This document shows, piece by piece, positions 14,351 to 15,587 of a stretch of DNA of 15,587 nucleotides. Made by a program: the position numbers and the translations under genes. The stretch is from Candidatus Hermodarchaeota archaeon (GTDB taxonomy: Archaea > Asgardarchaeota > Hermodarchaeia > Hermodarchaeales > Hermodarchaeaceae). The notes below the pieces were generated by a model. The model worked only from the letters and a program-made list of their open reading frames with translations, was not told the origin of the DNA and did no database searches. The stretch covers positions 1 to 15,587 of the forward strand of contig JAEOTO010000039.1 of assembly GCA_016839805.1 (NCBI GenBank), read 5' to 3'. Every line of letters begins with the position of its first letter. The stretch's first letter is position 1.

Positions 14351-15412
14351 ATGATACCAATTCGGGATGTGAGAAATATAACAAAAATCGCAACAGAACT
14401 AACAAAAATTTGGGAAACAGTTCAAGCAAATATGCAATACTACGAAAATAGCGAAGAGGCCGTGAAATCCCAAATTATAATTCCTATCTTAAAGACTCTA
14501 GGTTGGAAAACACTTGATCCTTCAGAAGTGCAACATGGTTATCTTACCAGCGAAGGCATTCCAGATATTACTTTAACTATTAATGGTAAACCAAAATTAA
14601 TCATCGAGGTTAAAAAGCTTGGAATCGATATCTCACAGCTTGAACAATTAAATAAACTATCAAGATATTGCACTAGCGAGGGTGTGAAATACGGAGTTAT
14701 AACAGATGGCAGACACTGGATTCTAATTCAGGCTTTCAGAGAAGGTGTAAAGTTAGCTGACAGAAATCTTTGGAAAATTGATCTATGTGATTTGAAACTT
14801 CCGAAAACAATCCAATTTCTTCAGGTAATATCAAGAGAAAAGATACTGAATATTGAATCCAAACTTATTGCGGGATCGTTTCCTCATCAAACTAAATCTG
14901 ATAAAATCACTGAATCATTAGATGAAATTAAAGAAGAGATAGGTAAGAATGGAATTTTCTCAGAAAAGACTTCCTTGGGCGTTCCATTTGATGATTTTGC
15001 GAAGGTTTACATTTTATTACTCCTTTACGAAAGCCCTTCTCATGGCTATGGTTTAATGACAAAATATCGAAACCGAACTGGTCGTACTTTAAGTGCAGGT
15101 ACTCTATACCCATTTCTTGAATATTTGGAAGAACATGGATTTGTCTCATCGAAAAGCAATCCAACAGGAAAACGACCAAGACGAGTGGTTAGTTTTACCG
15201 AGAAAGGTCGAAAGGGAGCAGAGCTTCTCTTCTCAAGATTTGCTTCAATCACGGCTGCGGTTTTTGAATCTAACCTACAAGTGTGTGCAAGTTGTGGCTG
15301 TAAAGTCTATGAGGGTGCACACTTCGAAGAGGTCAATAGTAAAAAATTGGCCTTTTGCTGCCACCATTGTGCGACTGCGTATAAAACGCAGCTTCAGGAG
15401 AATATTAGTTAA
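14351..15412 (+). CDS. Fusion protein: HsdR_N-like PD-(D/E)xK nuclease domain + PadR wHTH + TRASH metal-binding domain
   Basis: aa ~33-165: NSEEAVKSQIIIPILKTLGW..EV..PD72..IIE86VK88..Y..GVKYGVITDGRHW. aa ~215-298: ILLLLYESPSHGYGL..LSAGTLYPFLEYLEEHGFV..RPRRVVSFTEKG. aa 312-340: CASCGC-..-LAFCCHHC. One open frame with no internal stop. Confidence 0.88.
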   Translation: MIPIRDVRNITKIATELTKIWETVQANMQYYENSEEAVKSQIIIPILKTLGWKTLDPSEVQHGYLTSEGIPDITLTINGKPKLIIEVKKLGIDISQLEQLNKLSRYCTSEGVKYGVITDGRHWILIQAFREGVKLADRNLWKIDLCDLKLPKTIQFLQVISREKILNIESKLIAGSFPHQTKSDKITESLDEIKEEIGKNGIFSEKTSLGVPFDDFAKVYILLLLYESPSHGYGLMTKYRNRTGRTLSAGTLYPFLEYLEEHGFVSSKSNPTGKRPRRVVSFTEKGRKGAELLFSRFASITAAVFESNLQVCASCGCKVYEGAHFEEVNSKKLAFCCHHCATAYKTQLQENIS

Positions 15413-15436
15413 TGAGGTTGGAGCTGGTGATGAGTT

Positions 15437-15587
15437 TTGAACGAAACTAATGGTAATGATCAGAAAACGCAACGACTTTCTATGCGGATTGAAGGCATGC
15501 ATTGTGCAGCCTGTGTGGCAACAATTGAAAAAGCACTTGTACAAAATCAAGGTGTGGCCAAAGCTTCAGTAAATCTGTTAGAAGAGA
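15437..15587 (+). CDS. HMA-domain protein, N-terminus of a probable CopA-type P1B ATPase (or a stand-alone CopZ); runs off the window
   Basis: Not in the ORF track. TTG 15437 follows GGTGA (15426-15430) and an in-frame TGA (15431-15433). Translation MNETNGNDQKTQRLSMRIEGMHCAACVATIEKALVQNQGVAKASVNLLEE contains GMxCxxC. Confidence 0.88.
   Translation, partial: MNETNGNDQKTQRLSMRIEGMHCAACVATIEKALVQNQGVAKASVNLLEE

Noticed and set aside
14351-14850. Complete type I restriction-modification system
   Set aside because: Only the nuclease domain is present; no helicase motor, hsdM or hsdS in the window
1-15587. CRISPR array, tRNA/rRNA, IS element; remaining short overlapping ORFs in the track
   Set aside because: No periodic repeats, RNA-gene signatures or transposase seen by eye; the short ORFs are nested in or antisense to well-supported genes

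Overview
Archaeal chromosomal window. Evidence for this: H4MPT C1 genes mch/fwdC/ftr, Nre with a PIP box, TATA-like boxes about 30 nt before several starts, and GGTGA/GGAGG SD sites. The gene mix suggests an Asgard-type anaerobe (inference). The ORF track misses three real genes: (i) a SplB/Rv2578c-like radical SAM gene (1..1661, minus strand, runs off the left edge) whose CxxxCxxC motif is split by a 419-aa LAGLIDADG intein; (ii) a 47-aa YHS/TRASH metal-binding protein (14071..14214, minus strand); (iii) the start of an HMA-domain CopA/CopZ-like gene (15437 to window end). In between lie a ferritin-like protein, a LyeJ/CrtEb-like UbiA prenyltransferase, nre, a reductive-dehalogenase/QueG-like Fe-S protein, two tandem CPA1 antiporters, a small unknown protein, fwdC-mch divergent from ftr, and a triple-PAS histidine kinase. 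The best candidate for an undescribed system is the copper-type locus at the right end. Its presumed regulator (PadR wHTH plus TRASH) carries an in-frame N-terminal HsdR_N-like PD-(D/E)xK nuclease domain and sits between a divergent YHS chaperone-like gene and copA.
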